Assembly (NCBI GenBank): GCA_963827685.1
Contig: CAWHBU010000002.1
Location: 800,001-864,000 of the forward strand
DNA length: 64,000 nucleotides
DNA from: an uncultured delta proteobacterium
GTDB taxonomy: Bacteria; Desulfobacterota; BSN033; UBA1163
Direction of reading: 5' to 3'
Shown: piece by piece, positions 33,829-43,452 of the stretch
Layout of the letters: each line of letters starts with the position of its first letter
How positions within the stretch are numbered: the stretch's first letter is position 1
Notes under the pieces: generated by a model
The model's database searches: none
What the model saw: the letters and a program-made list of their open reading frames with translations, nothing else
What the model was told of the DNA's origin: nothing
Position numbers and translations under genes: made by a program

Positions 33829-34564
33829 TTAGAGGTTTTTCCCTTTCTTCAATTGGTAATCCATTTGGCTCCAAATGCCCTGCAGAATCTGGACCTCTCT
33901 TTCATCCATCTGGCTTCTTCCAAATAGCCGTCTGAGCACTTGCATGATTCTTTTTGGATGGTTGGAATCCAGAAACCCGACTTGGATGAGCGTCTTTTCC
34001 ATGTGCTCGAACATCCTCTCCAACTGTTCGGCCTGAGCCAATTGGACAGGGACTTTCGGAATCTCTTTCGAGGCTTGAAATAACTCGTAGCACACTACCA
34101 TCACTGCTTGCGCAAGATTGAGGGATGGGAAGGACTCCATGGAAGGGATCCTTCCATAAAGATGACAAAGAGACAATTCCTCACTGGTCAATCCCTCTTT
34201 TTCTGAGCCGAAGGCCAGGCCAATTGAATTCTTCTGGGAGAGGGGAATGAGTCTTTCTGCCAGGGGCTCTTGGTGTCAGATCCGGGTGTCTCTCTTTTCC
34301 TCCTCGTGAAGTCATCCCAACCACACAACCCATTTCAGAAATAGCCTCTCTCAGAGTAGGAAACTCCTCTGCCCTCTCCAAAATATCTTCAGCCCCGGAG
34401 GCCAATTTATAGGCATTGGGATGGAGGGGAGAACATCCGTTAACTACGATCAACCGACCCAGGCCCATATTCTTCATCGCCCTGGCGACCGAACCGATGT
34501 TTTCATGGAATTTGGGCCTGACTAAAATGATTGAAATGGAATCAGGAGTGATCTTCCTCTTCAT
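33829..34564 (-). CDS. trmJ: TrmJ/LasT-family SPOUT tRNA methyltransferase (1-nt frameshift at ~34263-34266)
   Basis: ENIGSVARAMKNMG in the 5' ORF and SLNLAQAV in the 3' ORF. Removing one C gives PRALAERLIPLSQKNSIGLAFGSEKEGLTSEEL. Confidence 0.85.
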
Positions 34565-34658
34565 AAACCTTATTATAACGATGGAAAATTACCTTGACTA
34601 TCAATTTTTTTTATCTTAATTAAACTGCATATTAACTTTCTTTAGAAAAAGGACTTTG

Positions 34659-35837
34659 ATGAAAATGAAGGTTCCTTTTTTTGATTTATCGGCTCAGTTT
34701 GAATCCATCCAAGGTGAAATTAAATCTGCCATGGACGAAGTGTTTCAGAACCAACAATTCATCCTGGGATCTAAAGTACAGGCTCTGGAGGAAACCATCG
34801 CTCAATATTGCCGGACCCGATATGCCGTCGGGGTGGCCTCTGGTTCAGATGCCCTGCTTTTAGCCTTAATGGCCTTAGGAATCGGGACGGGCGACAAAGT
34901 GATCCTCCCTCCTTTCACCTTTTTTGCTACGGCAGGAACTGTTTCACGCCTTGGCGCCATCCCTGTCTTTGTGGATATCGATCGAGAGACTTATAACATC
35001 GACCCTTCGAAAATCGAGGAGAAGATAACACCGAGAACAAAGGCCATTATCCCTGTTCATCTCTTTGGACAATGTGCGGATATGACCCCTCTTCTTAAAA
35101 TAGCCAAAGAGAAAAGACTTTTTGTCATCGAGGATGCTGCCCAGGCATTGGGAGCAGAGTATAAGTCCACGGCTGGATCAGAGGGACGTCGGGCCGGGCA
35201 GATCGGCGACCTTGGGTGTTTTTCTTTTTACCCGACAAAAAATTTGGGCGCCTTTGGAGATGCAGGAATGGTGGTAACGGACAACTCCGGGTGGGCAGAA
35301 AAGGTTCGACTGCTCAGGGTCCACGGAAGTCAACCCAAATATTTCCATAAACAGATCGGGATCAACAGCCGTCTCGATACCCTTCAGGCTGCTGTCCTCT
35401 TGGTGAAATTCAAATATCTCGAAAAATGGACCGCAGAGAGACAAAGGAAGGCTGAACGTTATCGGTTGTTGTTCCAAGATCTTCTCTCTTCTGTAAAAGG
35501 CTTTATGCTCCCAACCGTTCAATATCAGAACCGCCATATCTTTCATCAATATGTGATTCGTGTTCCGGAAAGAGATCGGCTGAAACAATTCCTATCAGAG
35601 GAGGGGATTGGCACAGACATCTATTATCCTATTCCTCTCCATTTACAGGAATGTTACTCCTTTTTAAAACATCATCGAGGAGATTTTCCAAATTCTGAGA
35701 AGGCCTCCGAAGGAGTCTTAGCTCTCCCTATTTATCCTGAGTTGACCGAAGATCAACAGATGGCCGTCGCGGATCGAATCAAAGCGTTCTATAGAAGAAT
35801 CGGGTCGAAGGGGTCTGAGGTGCCAGTGGTCAAGTGA
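34659..35837 (+). CDS. DegT/DnrJ/EryC1/StrS-family sugar aminotransferase
   Basis: ASGSDAL, FTFFATA, IEDAAQA, SFYPTKNLGAFGDAG (PLP lysine) and NSRLDTLQAA. Confidence 0.92.
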   Translation: MKMKVPFFDLSAQFESIQGEIKSAMDEVFQNQQFILGSKVQALEETIAQYCRTRYAVGVASGSDALLLALMALGIGTGDKVILPPFTFFATAGTVSRLGAIPVFVDIDRETYNIDPSKIEEKITPRTKAIIPVHLFGQCADMTPLLKIAKEKRLFVIEDAAQALGAEYKSTAGSEGRRAGQIGDLGCFSFYPTKNLGAFGDAGMVVTDNSGWAEKVRLLRVHGSQPKYFHKQIGINSRLDTLQAAVLLVKFKYLEKWTAERQRKAERYRLLFQDLLSSVKGFMLPTVQYQNRHIFHQYVIRVPERDRLKQFLSEEGIGTDIYYPIPLHLQECYSFLKHHRGDFPNSEKASEGVLALPIYPELTEDQQMAVADRIKAFYRRIGSKGSEVPVVK

Positions 35838-35885
35838 AATACCTATTACTAAGGAGTCCATAATTGATTAGACATATTCTTCCGA

Positions 35886-35956
35886 AAATCTCCCCTAACC
35901 CCTCTTTTCCAAAGAGGGGAATTCCTCCCTTTAGTAAAGGGAGGGGGGAGGGATTT
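35886..35956. repeat. Composite CCCT/AGGG REP-like palindrome
   Basis: CCCCTCTTT-tcc-AAAGAGGGG and CCTCCCTTT-agt-AAAGGGAGG hairpins inside AAATCTCCCC...GGGAGGGATTT arms. Confidence 0.65.
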
Positions 35957-36018
35957 GGTCTTCGACGTCCGTACTTCTATGAACAGATTAATAGGAAGAA
36001 TTACTTGAACCCTTGAAC

Positions 36019-36066
36019 GCCTGCCTGCCGGCAGGCAGGCACCCCTCTCCCATCAAGGGAGAGGGA
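36019..36066. repeat. Perfect 22-bp palindrome joined to a CCCTCTCCC REP hairpin
   Basis: GCCTGCCTGCCGGCAGGCAGGC (36019-36040), then CCCTCTCCC-atcaa-GGGAGAGGG. Confidence 0.75.
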
Positions 36067-36089
36067 GAAACAAGTGGAAAGATTTTCAT

Positions 36090-37415
36090 ATGAAAGGGAC
36101 CATGGAAGAACAACTCATCCAAAAGATCCGTCAAAAGAAGGCCCTGATCGGGGTCATCGGGATGGGATATGTTGGCCTTCCTTTGGTCCTAAGGTTTTGT
36201 GAAGAAGATTTCAGAATCTTAGGATTCGATATCGATTCTAAAAAAGTCGCGATCCTGAAGAGAGGGAAGAGTTATTTGAAATCCATTCCCTCCTCCCGGA
36301 TTTCCCAGTTCATCCGAAGTGGCCATTTAGATGTGACCGATGCCTTTTCACGTCTCGATAAACCCGATTGCATCTTGATTTGCGTCCCCACTCCCTTGAC
36401 TGAAAAAATGGAGCCCGATCTCCAATACATAGAAAATACGACCGAAGCCATCCGCCAGAATCTGAGGAAAGGTCAATTGATTGTTTTGGAAAGTACCACT
36501 TACCCGGGAACCACTGAAGAGATGGTCCTTCCCAGATTGGAATCAAGTGGTTTAAAGGTTGGGAAAGATTTCTTTCTGGCCTTTTCCCCGGAAAGGGAGG
36601 ATCCAGGAAATAAGCGATTTGCAACCCATCAAATTCCAAAGGTAGTGGCTGGAGCGACTCCATCCTGCCAGAGAGTTGTCACTGTCCTATATAGCCAGAT
36701 CATCCAGAAGGTCGTACCCGTTTCTTCCCCTCGGGTCGCGGAATTGACCAAACTCCTTGAAAATATCTATCGAAGTGTAAATATCGCCTTGGTGAATGAA
36801 CTAAAGATGTTGGCTGACCGGATGGGTATTGATATCTGGGAAGTTATCGAAGCCGCCAGTACCAAACCTTTTGGATTTTCACCTTTCTACCCGGGTCCTG
36901 GAATGGGAGGCCATTGTATTCCTATTGATCCCTATTATCTCTCCTGGAAAGCGCGAGAATATGATTTCACGACAAGATTTATTTTCTTGGCGGGGGAGAT
37001 CAATGTTCACGTTCCCTATTATGTTGTTGCCAAGATTCAAGATGCCCTCAATGGAAGGGGAAAAAGTATAAAAGGAGCAAAAATCTTGATCCTGGGAGTC
37101 GCCTATAAGAAAGATGTGGACGACGCCAGAGAATCCCCCGCACTGTCCATCATGAATCTCCTCCAGAAAAAAGGGGCGGTCATCCTCTACCACGATCCCT
37201 ATATCCCATCCCTTCCCTCCTTTCGGAAATACTCCTTTAAGTTGAATTCTTCCCCTCTGACGGAGCAACTACTTCGCAGAATCGATGCCGCTGTCGTCGT
37301 GACAGACCATAGTATTGATTATCAAAGGATTGTCAGGCTCGCCCCCCTTGTCATCGATACCCGCAATGTCACAAAAGGGATGGACCGTTGGAAAAACAAA
37401 ATCGTTAAAGCCTGA
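36090..37415 (+). CDS. Nucleotide-sugar dehydrogenase (UDP-GlcNAc 6-dehydrogenase WbpA/WecC-like)
   Basis: GMGYVGLP, ICVPTPL, LESTTYPGTT, FSPEREDPGN, GGHCIPIDP and AYKKDVDDARESP. Confidence 0.92.
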   Translation: MKGTMEEQLIQKIRQKKALIGVIGMGYVGLPLVLRFCEEDFRILGFDIDSKKVAILKRGKSYLKSIPSSRISQFIRSGHLDVTDAFSRLDKPDCILICVPTPLTEKMEPDLQYIENTTEAIRQNLRKGQLIVLESTTYPGTTEEMVLPRLESSGLKVGKDFFLAFSPEREDPGNKRFATHQIPKVVAGATPSCQRVVTVLYSQIIQKVVPVSSPRVAELTKLLENIYRSVNIALVNELKMLADRMGIDIWEVIEAASTKPFGFSPFYPGPGMGGHCIPIDPYYLSWKAREYDFTTRFIFLAGEINVHVPYYVVAKIQDALNGRGKSIKGAKILILGVAYKKDVDDARESPALSIMNLLQKKGAVILYHDPYIPSLPSFRKYSFKLNSSPLTEQLLRRIDAAVVVTDHSIDYQRIVRLAPLVIDTRNVTKGMDRWKNKIVKA

Positions 37416-37493
37416 TTCGAAGAATTCTAAATCCTAATACTGAAACCCTATCGCGAAATATCAAAAGCCAAGACCTGATCCCCAAATTCCGTT

Positions 37494-37538
37494 CCCCCCT
37501 CACCCTCCCTGTTCCCGTTGGGGAGAGGGATGGGGTGG
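37494..37538. repeat. CCCTCTCCC-type REP-like palindrome
   Basis: CCCCCTCACCCTCCCTGTTCCCGTTGGGGAGAGGGATGGGGTGG next to the aldehyde dehydrogenase stop. Confidence 0.55.
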
Positions 37539-38996
37539 TTAGAAGGGGTACTTGCGCGGGGTACGCTGCATACTGATCCAACGCAGTTCTGTGAATTCCT
37601 CCAGAGCGGCCTTACCACCGAACCGACCCCAACCACTATCCTTCACGCCGCCAAAGGGCACCTGTGGCTCATCGTGAACCGTCTGATCGTTTATGTGAAC
37701 CATCCCTGATTCGATACGCTCGGCAATAGCCAGACCTTTGGCGAAATCGCGAGTGAATACAGCCGCCGAAAGCCCGTACTGAGTATTGTTTGCTACGGCC
37801 ACGGCCTCCTCTTCGTCTTTGACCTCAATCACCGAGACCACCGGGCCAAAGGTCTCTTCACACGAAAATGGTGTGTTGGGCTTTACGTTAATCAGCACTG
37901 TCGGATAGTAACAGAGCCCCTCGGATTTGCCGCCGCACAAGATCTTAGCGCCATCGCGGACGGCAGCATCGACGCTCTTCTTGACTTCCTTGAATTGGTG
38001 CTCGTTGATGAGGGGGCCAATGATCGTGTCGGGTTCTTTCGGATTGCCGACTTTGTAGGTTGAAACCTTTTTAACAAATTTTTCCGTAAATTCCTTGGAG
38101 ATGGGTTTTTCAACGATGACTCGTCGTGTGGACATACAGATTTGTCCTTGATGGAGGAACCCGCCGAATGCGGCGGCGTTCACGGCATCATCAATGTTGA
38201 CGTCGCGCAGGATGATGAGCGGATTCTGTCCGCCCAGTTCCAGGGCGACCCGCTTAAGGAACCGTCCCGCTTTTTCTGCAAGCTGGCGGCCCACCGCGGT
38301 CGAACCGGTCAAGTTGATGCGGCGCACCTTCGGGTTTTCGATGAATTCATCTCCAATCTCCCCGCTTTTTCCCGGCCCGTTTGTAACAAGATTCAAAACG
38401 CCTTTCGGAAAACCAGCTTCGTGAAAGACCTCTGCAATCACGACACCGCCTGCTGCGGCTGAATCCATCGAAGGCTTGAGAACTGCGGTGTTCCCGTAGG
38501 CAATCGGCAGACAGATAGAGCGTAGTGATAGAATCAGTGGCGCATTCCACGGTGCTATGCCTGCGACAACACCTACGGGTTGGCGGATCGCCATATAGAA
38601 TGCGCCCGGCAGGTCGGCAGGGATAATTTCACCGGTTAGCTGATGGACCTGTGCGGCAGCTTCGCGCAGCAAACCCGGGGTAAACCCCGTCTGGAACATC
38701 GCAAAGCCGAAGGTACAGCCAGTTTCCTCGGCGAGAATCGTAACAATCTCATTTTGTTTCTTCTCGAGAATATCCGCCGCCTTTAAAAACAAGGCCTGGC
38801 GCTCAGCCGGGAGCGTATGTGACCACGCGGGAAATGCCGCTGCTGCCGCGTCAACAGCGCGTTTGGCGTCAGCCCGTTTTCCGGATGGAACTCGCGCAAA
38901 AACCTCACCTGTATAAGGGTTGAGATCGTCGTAGACCTGGCTGTCCAGGGCACCTACCCACTCACCGTTAATGTACATTTTGTATTCTCTTGGCAT
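37539..38996 (-). CDS. Aldehyde dehydrogenase (aromatic aldehyde DH-like)
   Basis: IAPWNAP, LTGSTAVG, LELGG, HQGQICMS (catalytic Cys), EETFGP and PFGGVKDSGWGRFGG. ATG 38996 after AGGAGG. Confidence 0.9.
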   Translation of the reverse strand: MPREYKMYINGEWVGALDSQVYDDLNPYTGEVFARVPSGKRADAKRAVDAAAAAFPAWSHTLPAERQALFLKAADILEKKQNEIVTILAEETGCTFGFAMFQTGFTPGLLREAAAQVHQLTGEIIPADLPGAFYMAIRQPVGVVAGIAPWNAPLILSLRSICLPIAYGNTAVLKPSMDSAAAGGVVIAEVFHEAGFPKGVLNLVTNGPGKSGEIGDEFIENPKVRRINLTGSTAVGRQLAEKAGRFLKRVALELGGQNPLIILRDVNIDDAVNAAAFGGFLHQGQICMSTRRVIVEKPISKEFTEKFVKKVSTYKVGNPKEPDTIIGPLINEHQFKEVKKSVDAAVRDGAKILCGGKSEGLCYYPTVLINVKPNTPFSCEETFGPVVSVIEVKDEEEAVAVANNTQYGLSAAVFTRDFAKGLAIAERIESGMVHINDQTVHDEPQVPFGGVKDSGWGRFGGKAALEEFTELRWISMQRTPRKYPF

Positions 38997-39092
38997 CTTG
39001 GTTCCTCCTATCAAAAGTTTTTGCAGGTTAATTCCATAGGCAACAAAAAAAATTGACTCTGTACCCACTTTATAGCTAAAAGTGCAAACAAG

Positions 39093-39242
39093 AGTGAAGC
39101 TCCCCGCCCATCCCGTCAGGACGGGACCGGCACGCCGGGGCTTCCCGGCATTGTAATATCATTCATATTGTGCCTCTTAACCCCGCCTACCTGCCTACCG
39201 AAGGCAGGCAAGGCGGGGCTTGCGCGGGGCACGTTCCGGTCA
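39093..39242 (+). mobile_element. ~150-bp double-hairpin MITE-like dispersed element, copy 1
   Basis: Near-identical to the reverse complement of 48309-48448. Two GC-rich hairpins flank the core TGTAATATCATTCATATTGTGCC. Confidence 0.75.
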
Positions 39243-40055
39243 AAAAGGATGGTGTCTCCAGAAATGGTAGAGATAGAGCTGGGCATACCCTGCATAAGGG
39301 CCAAAATGATTGGATGCAAATTCCTCCATCGCCTTCTCTCCAGCATTTCTCCCCTTAAAATAGACCCTTTGTAACCCCTTTTTAATCCAAGTATCCATCG
39401 GAAAGGCCTCAAGAAAATCCAGCGAATAAAGGAGTGTGCAATCGGCCACCTTTTTCCCCACGCCGGAAAGTCGCATCAATTTTTCCCTGGCCATTTTATA
39501 AGGTAAATCTTTCAGCAAGAGCAGTTGATTCCGATCCATACAGCGGCTGGCATTCACCAGATAATTTGTTCTAAACCCTGCCCTGGCCGATTTCAGTTGA
39601 AGCGGATTCCTTATAGATTGAGGTTCAGGAAATCGGTAACCGAGGTAGTTTCCCCAAATAACCTTTTCCCCTGAGGATCTGCAGACATGTTCGATGATAC
39701 AACGGATATGCGAGACAGCCTTAGCTGAAGAGCATAAGAAAGAGAGAAGACATTCCCATGCATCTTGTCGGATCAGTCTCATCCCTCGATACTCCTTGAT
39801 TGCTTGATGAATCATTGGATCCTGGTCGATCTCTTTCAAAATAGAATCGAAATCTTCATCCAGTCTGAAAAAATGGATCAAGAGAGGTTCTTCAACACCC
39901 TCGTAGAAAAGAAGATCTCCTTTCTGCCAGAGGGAAAAAATCCGATCCGAGGCTTGAACGATGTAGGTATCTAAAACCTTGGTAAAACGGAAAAATTGTC
40001 CGCATTCCAGGGTATGCTTAAGCGAAAAATGAGGAATTCGGAGTCGGGGGGTCAT
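39240..40055 (-). CDS. 8-oxoguanine DNA glycosylase/lyase (Ogg-like, HhH-GPD)
   Basis: TLECGQFFR, GMRLIRQDAWECLLSF, HhH GVGKKVADC, FPMDTW and FGPYAGYAQLYL. Confidence 0.85.
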   Translation of the reverse strand: MTPRLRIPHFSLKHTLECGQFFRFTKVLDTYIVQASDRIFSLWQKGDLLFYEGVEEPLLIHFFRLDEDFDSILKEIDQDPMIHQAIKEYRGMRLIRQDAWECLLSFLCSSAKAVSHIRCIIEHVCRSSGEKVIWGNYLGYRFPEPQSIRNPLQLKSARAGFRTNYLVNASRCMDRNQLLLLKDLPYKMAREKLMRLSGVGKKVADCTLLYSLDFLEAFPMDTWIKKGLQRVYFKGRNAGEKAMEEFASNHFGPYAGYAQLYLYHFWRHHPF

Positions 40056-40097
40056 TCCTTCTTACCCGATGGAGGTCGGCGGAAAAAATCGTAAATT

Positions 40098-40215
40098 CCC
40101 TCTTACCCGCACCCTCTCCCACTAGTCGCTGCGACTCGAAACCGAGGGGAGAGGGAAATTTATGTGTGGGATCACCTTAGATTTCCTCCCCCTTGAGGGG
40201 GGGGTGTGTACGGGG
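40098..40215. repeat. REP-like CCCTCTCCC...GGGAGAGGG hairpins with inserted module
   Basis: CCCTCTCCC-actagtcgctgcgactcgaaaccgag-GGGAGAGGG, then CCTCCCCCTTGAGGGGGGGG. Confidence 0.6.
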
Positions 40216-40216
40216 G

Positions 40217-40828
40217 TTATGAGATCTGGTCTCTACCAGCAGAAAACGCTTCTCTGTTCAGTTCATGAACCTTGGGAGGGAGGTAATTCAGAATTGTTTT
40301 TAGCCAGAGATCTTCATTGACCTCAAAACATTTTGAAATAGCACCTAAGAGCACAACATTAGCTGCCCGGACATCTCCTAATTGCAGGGCAATCTCTGTT
40401 CCCTTTACCAAATAGAAATTTCTAATTTTTGATCGAATGATGTCAGGGATGGCTCTGGGATATTCCATCTCCCCTAAATTGACGGCCGGAGGTCTAATTT
40501 GGTGATCGTTCATAATAATTTTACCATTAGGCCTTAGATGGTTAAACCACCGGAGCCCTTCCAGCTGTTCAAAAGCCAAGAGGACATCCACTTCCCCTTG
40601 CTTGATCAGAGGGGAATAAACCTTTTTGCCAAAACGGAAATGGGAAGTGACGATTCCTCCCCTCATCGCCATTCCGTGAACTTCGCTCTTTTTCACATCA
40701 TAGCCTGCTTCCATAAAAACCTCAGACATCATGTCGCTCGCTATGATGACCCCCTGCCCTCCAACGCCTGCAACCAAGATATTGGTGGTCGTTTGATCCA
40801 TTTTCTCACCCTGTTCAAAAATACTCAC
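40217..40828 (-). CDS. iorB: Indolepyruvate:ferredoxin oxidoreductase beta subunit
   Basis: ILVAGVGGQG, KKSEVHGMAMRGG and ANVVLLGA; follows iorA. Start is GTG 40828 or ATG 40801. Confidence 0.92.
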   Translation of the reverse strand: MSIFEQGEKMDQTTTNILVAGVGGQGVIIASDMMSEVFMEAGYDVKKSEVHGMAMRGGIVTSHFRFGKKVYSPLIKQGEVDVLLAFEQLEGLRWFNHLRPNGKIIMNDHQIRPPAVNLGEMEYPRAIPDIIRSKIRNFYLVKGTEIALQLGDVRAANVVLLGAISKCFEVNEDLWLKTILNYLPPKVHELNREAFSAGRDQIS

Positions 40829-42651
40829 ATGGTTTCAAAACCGAATATGGGTTTTTCTTCCTGACTCTTAATGGCTCCGAATTTACACACTTGATAACAG
40901 AGATGGCACCCCGGACATAGGCTCGCTTCAATGTGAGAAATGCCCTTTCGCTTCTTTCCATCCGCGGTCATCGCCATTTCCCCTTCCACCGATTGATAAG
41001 AGATGGCAGGACAACCCAAGTTGACACAGGTTTTACATCCAATACATTTGGTGGAATCAACTTGAAGAGGCTTGTTATATTTCTTAAAAGCCCTCCGAAG
41101 GAGCGTGCAAGGCCCTTCACTGATCACGAGAGAGGGTTCATCCTTTTCGAGTTCTTCCCCAATTACCCTTTCCGTCTCCTCTAAATTCCATGGATTTACT
41201 TTCCTGGGGTTTTCAATCCCAAGGACCCGGCCCAATTCAACGAAATCGATTCGGTGGGTTTTCTCTCCTCGAATGGTATATCCTGTTGCCGGATGCTCTT
41301 GCTGACCCGTCATGCCGGTTGTTCGGTTATCCAAAATGATCGTGGTCGTGGAACTCCTGTTATAACCAACGTTCATGAGAGGATGGACTCCTCCATGGAG
41401 GAATGTGGAATCTCCGATCACGCTAACGATCTTCCCATTTCCTTTATCTCCAAGTGCCTTTGCCATGCCATGGGCACCGCCAATACTCGATCCCATACAG
41501 ATATTGCTATTGATCACATTCAAAGGAGGATAAGCCCCTAAAGTGTAGCATCCGATGTCGCCGGCAGTAAAAACCTTTAACTTTCTTAAAACATGCATAA
41601 TTCCTCGGTGAGGGCATCCTGGACACAGATTGGGTGGTCTGGGAGGGAGAGGCTCTTTAAAGAAAGGCTTGGGCGGTCTAAATTTCTTCCCCAACATTCC
41701 TTTCTCAATGAGAAATGGGTTTAATTCACCACAGATGGGGAACAGGTTCTTCCCTCCTCTGGGTTTAAATCCCATTGCCAGGATATTTTCTTCCAGGAAA
41801 GGATCCAGCTCTTCAACGACATAAACCTTCTTTACCCTTTTAAAGAACTCACCGATCAGATTTTTGGGCAATGGCCATACCATCCCAAGCTTGAGGTAAG
41901 AATAATTTGGGAAAACCTCTTTTGCATATTGATAGGAGATCCCTGCGGAAATAATCCCGATCGTTGGGTCGTTGATCTCCATTCGATTTCCCGGAAATTG
42001 CTCAGCAAATTCCTTCAATCTGAGAAAACGCTCCTCGATAAAGGCGTGCCGAATTCGTGCAAAAGAAGGCAGCATGGTATATTTCGCTGTATCTTTCTTA
42101 ATCTCTATGGGGACCGGAGGAACGACCGGATCCTGCGTCGCCACAATGCCTTTCGCATGAGAGATTCGGGTCACACTCCTTACCATGACAGGGGTATCAA
42201 ATTTTTCACTGACCTCAAAACCCAATTTGATAACGTCCTTTGCTTCCTGGCTGTCACTCGGTTCAAACATGGGGACTTTTGCAAACCTGGCATAATGTCG
42301 ATTATCCTGCTCGTTCTGGGAACTGTAAAGTTCAGGATCGTCACAGGTAACGAGGACTAAGCCTCCGTTGACGCCCACATAGGAGAGCGTCATAAAAGGA
42401 TCTGCTGCCACATTGACCCCCACATGTTTCATCGATGCCATTGCCCTCGCGCCTGCCAGAGAAGCCCCTGCGGCGACTTCCAATGCCACCTTTTCATTAG
42501 GAGACCATTCCGCATAAATTCCCCTATATTCTCGGGCTATGGTTTCCAAAATTTCTGTGCTGGGTGTACCCGGGTAGGCAGCAGCTACTTTTACCCCGGC
42601 CTCAAAAGCACCCCTCGCCATGGCTTCATTTCCGCTCATTATCTTTTTCAT
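40825..42651 (-). CDS. iorA: Indolepyruvate:ferredoxin oxidoreductase alpha subunit
   Basis: MSGNEAMARG, YPGTPSTE, SSQNEQDNR, LCPGCPHR, GDIGCY, GDSTF and a C-terminal 2x[4Fe-4S] domain. Confidence 0.93.
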   Translation of the reverse strand: MKKIMSGNEAMARGAFEAGVKVAAAYPGTPSTEILETIAREYRGIYAEWSPNEKVALEVAAGASLAGARAMASMKHVGVNVAADPFMTLSYVGVNGGLVLVTCDDPELYSSQNEQDNRHYARFAKVPMFEPSDSQEAKDVIKLGFEVSEKFDTPVMVRSVTRISHAKGIVATQDPVVPPVPIEIKKDTAKYTMLPSFARIRHAFIEERFLRLKEFAEQFPGNRMEINDPTIGIISAGISYQYAKEVFPNYSYLKLGMVWPLPKNLIGEFFKRVKKVYVVEELDPFLEENILAMGFKPRGGKNLFPICGELNPFLIEKGMLGKKFRPPKPFFKEPLPPRPPNLCPGCPHRGIMHVLRKLKVFTAGDIGCYTLGAYPPLNVINSNICMGSSIGGAHGMAKALGDKGNGKIVSVIGDSTFLHGGVHPLMNVGYNRSSTTTIILDNRTTGMTGQQEHPATGYTIRGEKTHRIDFVELGRVLGIENPRKVNPWNLEETERVIGEELEKDEPSLVISEGPCTLLRRAFKKYNKPLQVDSTKCIGCKTCVNLGCPAISYQSVEGEMAMTADGKKRKGISHIEASLCPGCHLCYQVCKFGAIKSQEEKPIFGFETM

Positions 42652-42725
42652 CTATCACCCTTTAATCCAAGATCGAGCTTGGAATACGAATTCTTGTCAA
42701 GTGAAGTATCCGACTCACTCTCACT

Positions 42726-43427
42726 TCACTTTTCAAGATTGGAAATTTTTCTCAATACGATATTCGTCATTTCAGACTTCTGAGAAGCCGTTACAAACTT
42801 CCTGTAATTTTCGAGCGCCTCGTTATTTTTCCCCGACTTTTCATAACATCGACCCAGCCCTAAATAGGCATTCGCTGATTGGAAGCCTTCACCCAAATCG
42901 ACAATTTTTTGGTAAGTATTGATTGCCTTTTCATAATCCTTCTTACCTTCATAGGAATAACCGAGACCTTCCAAGGCAAATGATCGGTAAAGCTTTTCCC
43001 TCCCTGCTTTTTGGAGGAAGCTCTCATAGGTTTTCACGGCTTCTCCAAATTCACCTAACCTTAGAGCGATGTTCCCTTTATACAAAATAGCGATTTTCCC
43101 GGACGAAGTTCCCGCGAATTTTGTGATGACTTCATCAAATTTTTCCAAAACATTCTTATATTCTTGCGGAGATCCCTCTCGGTACGGAGAGTTAACCATC
43201 TGGTAAGTTTCCATGGCTATTCTAAACATCTGGTAAGCCTTTTCCTCATTTCCCCTTTCCCATTTTTGAAAGATAAAGACAGATAAGATGAGGATCAATA
43301 GAATCCCTCCCCCTGCTGCGATGGACTTGGAATGATGGCTGACAAAAAGAAAGGCTCTTTCGGTAAGGGTAATGAATTCATCAGGCTTTTTTAACTTCTT
43401 CTTTATAATCTTTTTTGCTCTGGTCAT
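42726..43427 (-). CDS. YfgM-like single-TM TPR protein
   Basis: Basic N-terminus with KPDEFIT, one TM helix, then TPR repeats (ALEGLGYSYE, AYLGLGRCYE). Confidence 0.75.
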   Translation of the reverse strand: MTRAKKIIKKKLKKPDEFITLTERAFLFVSHHSKSIAAGGGILLILILSVFIFQKWERGNEEKAYQMFRIAMETYQMVNSPYREGSPQEYKNVLEKFDEVITKFAGTSSGKIAILYKGNIALRLGEFGEAVKTYESFLQKAGREKLYRSFALEGLGYSYEGKKDYEKAINTYQKIVDLGEGFQSANAYLGLGRCYEKSGKNNEALENYRKFVTASQKSEMTNIVLRKISNLEK

Positions 43428-43452
43428 CTCAAATCACCTTTCATGTATACAA

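Noticed and set aside
39116-39412. Small ORFs at 39116-39412, 39168-39374 and 39170-39358
   Set aside because: They are translations of the MITE and the 3' end of the glycosylase gene.
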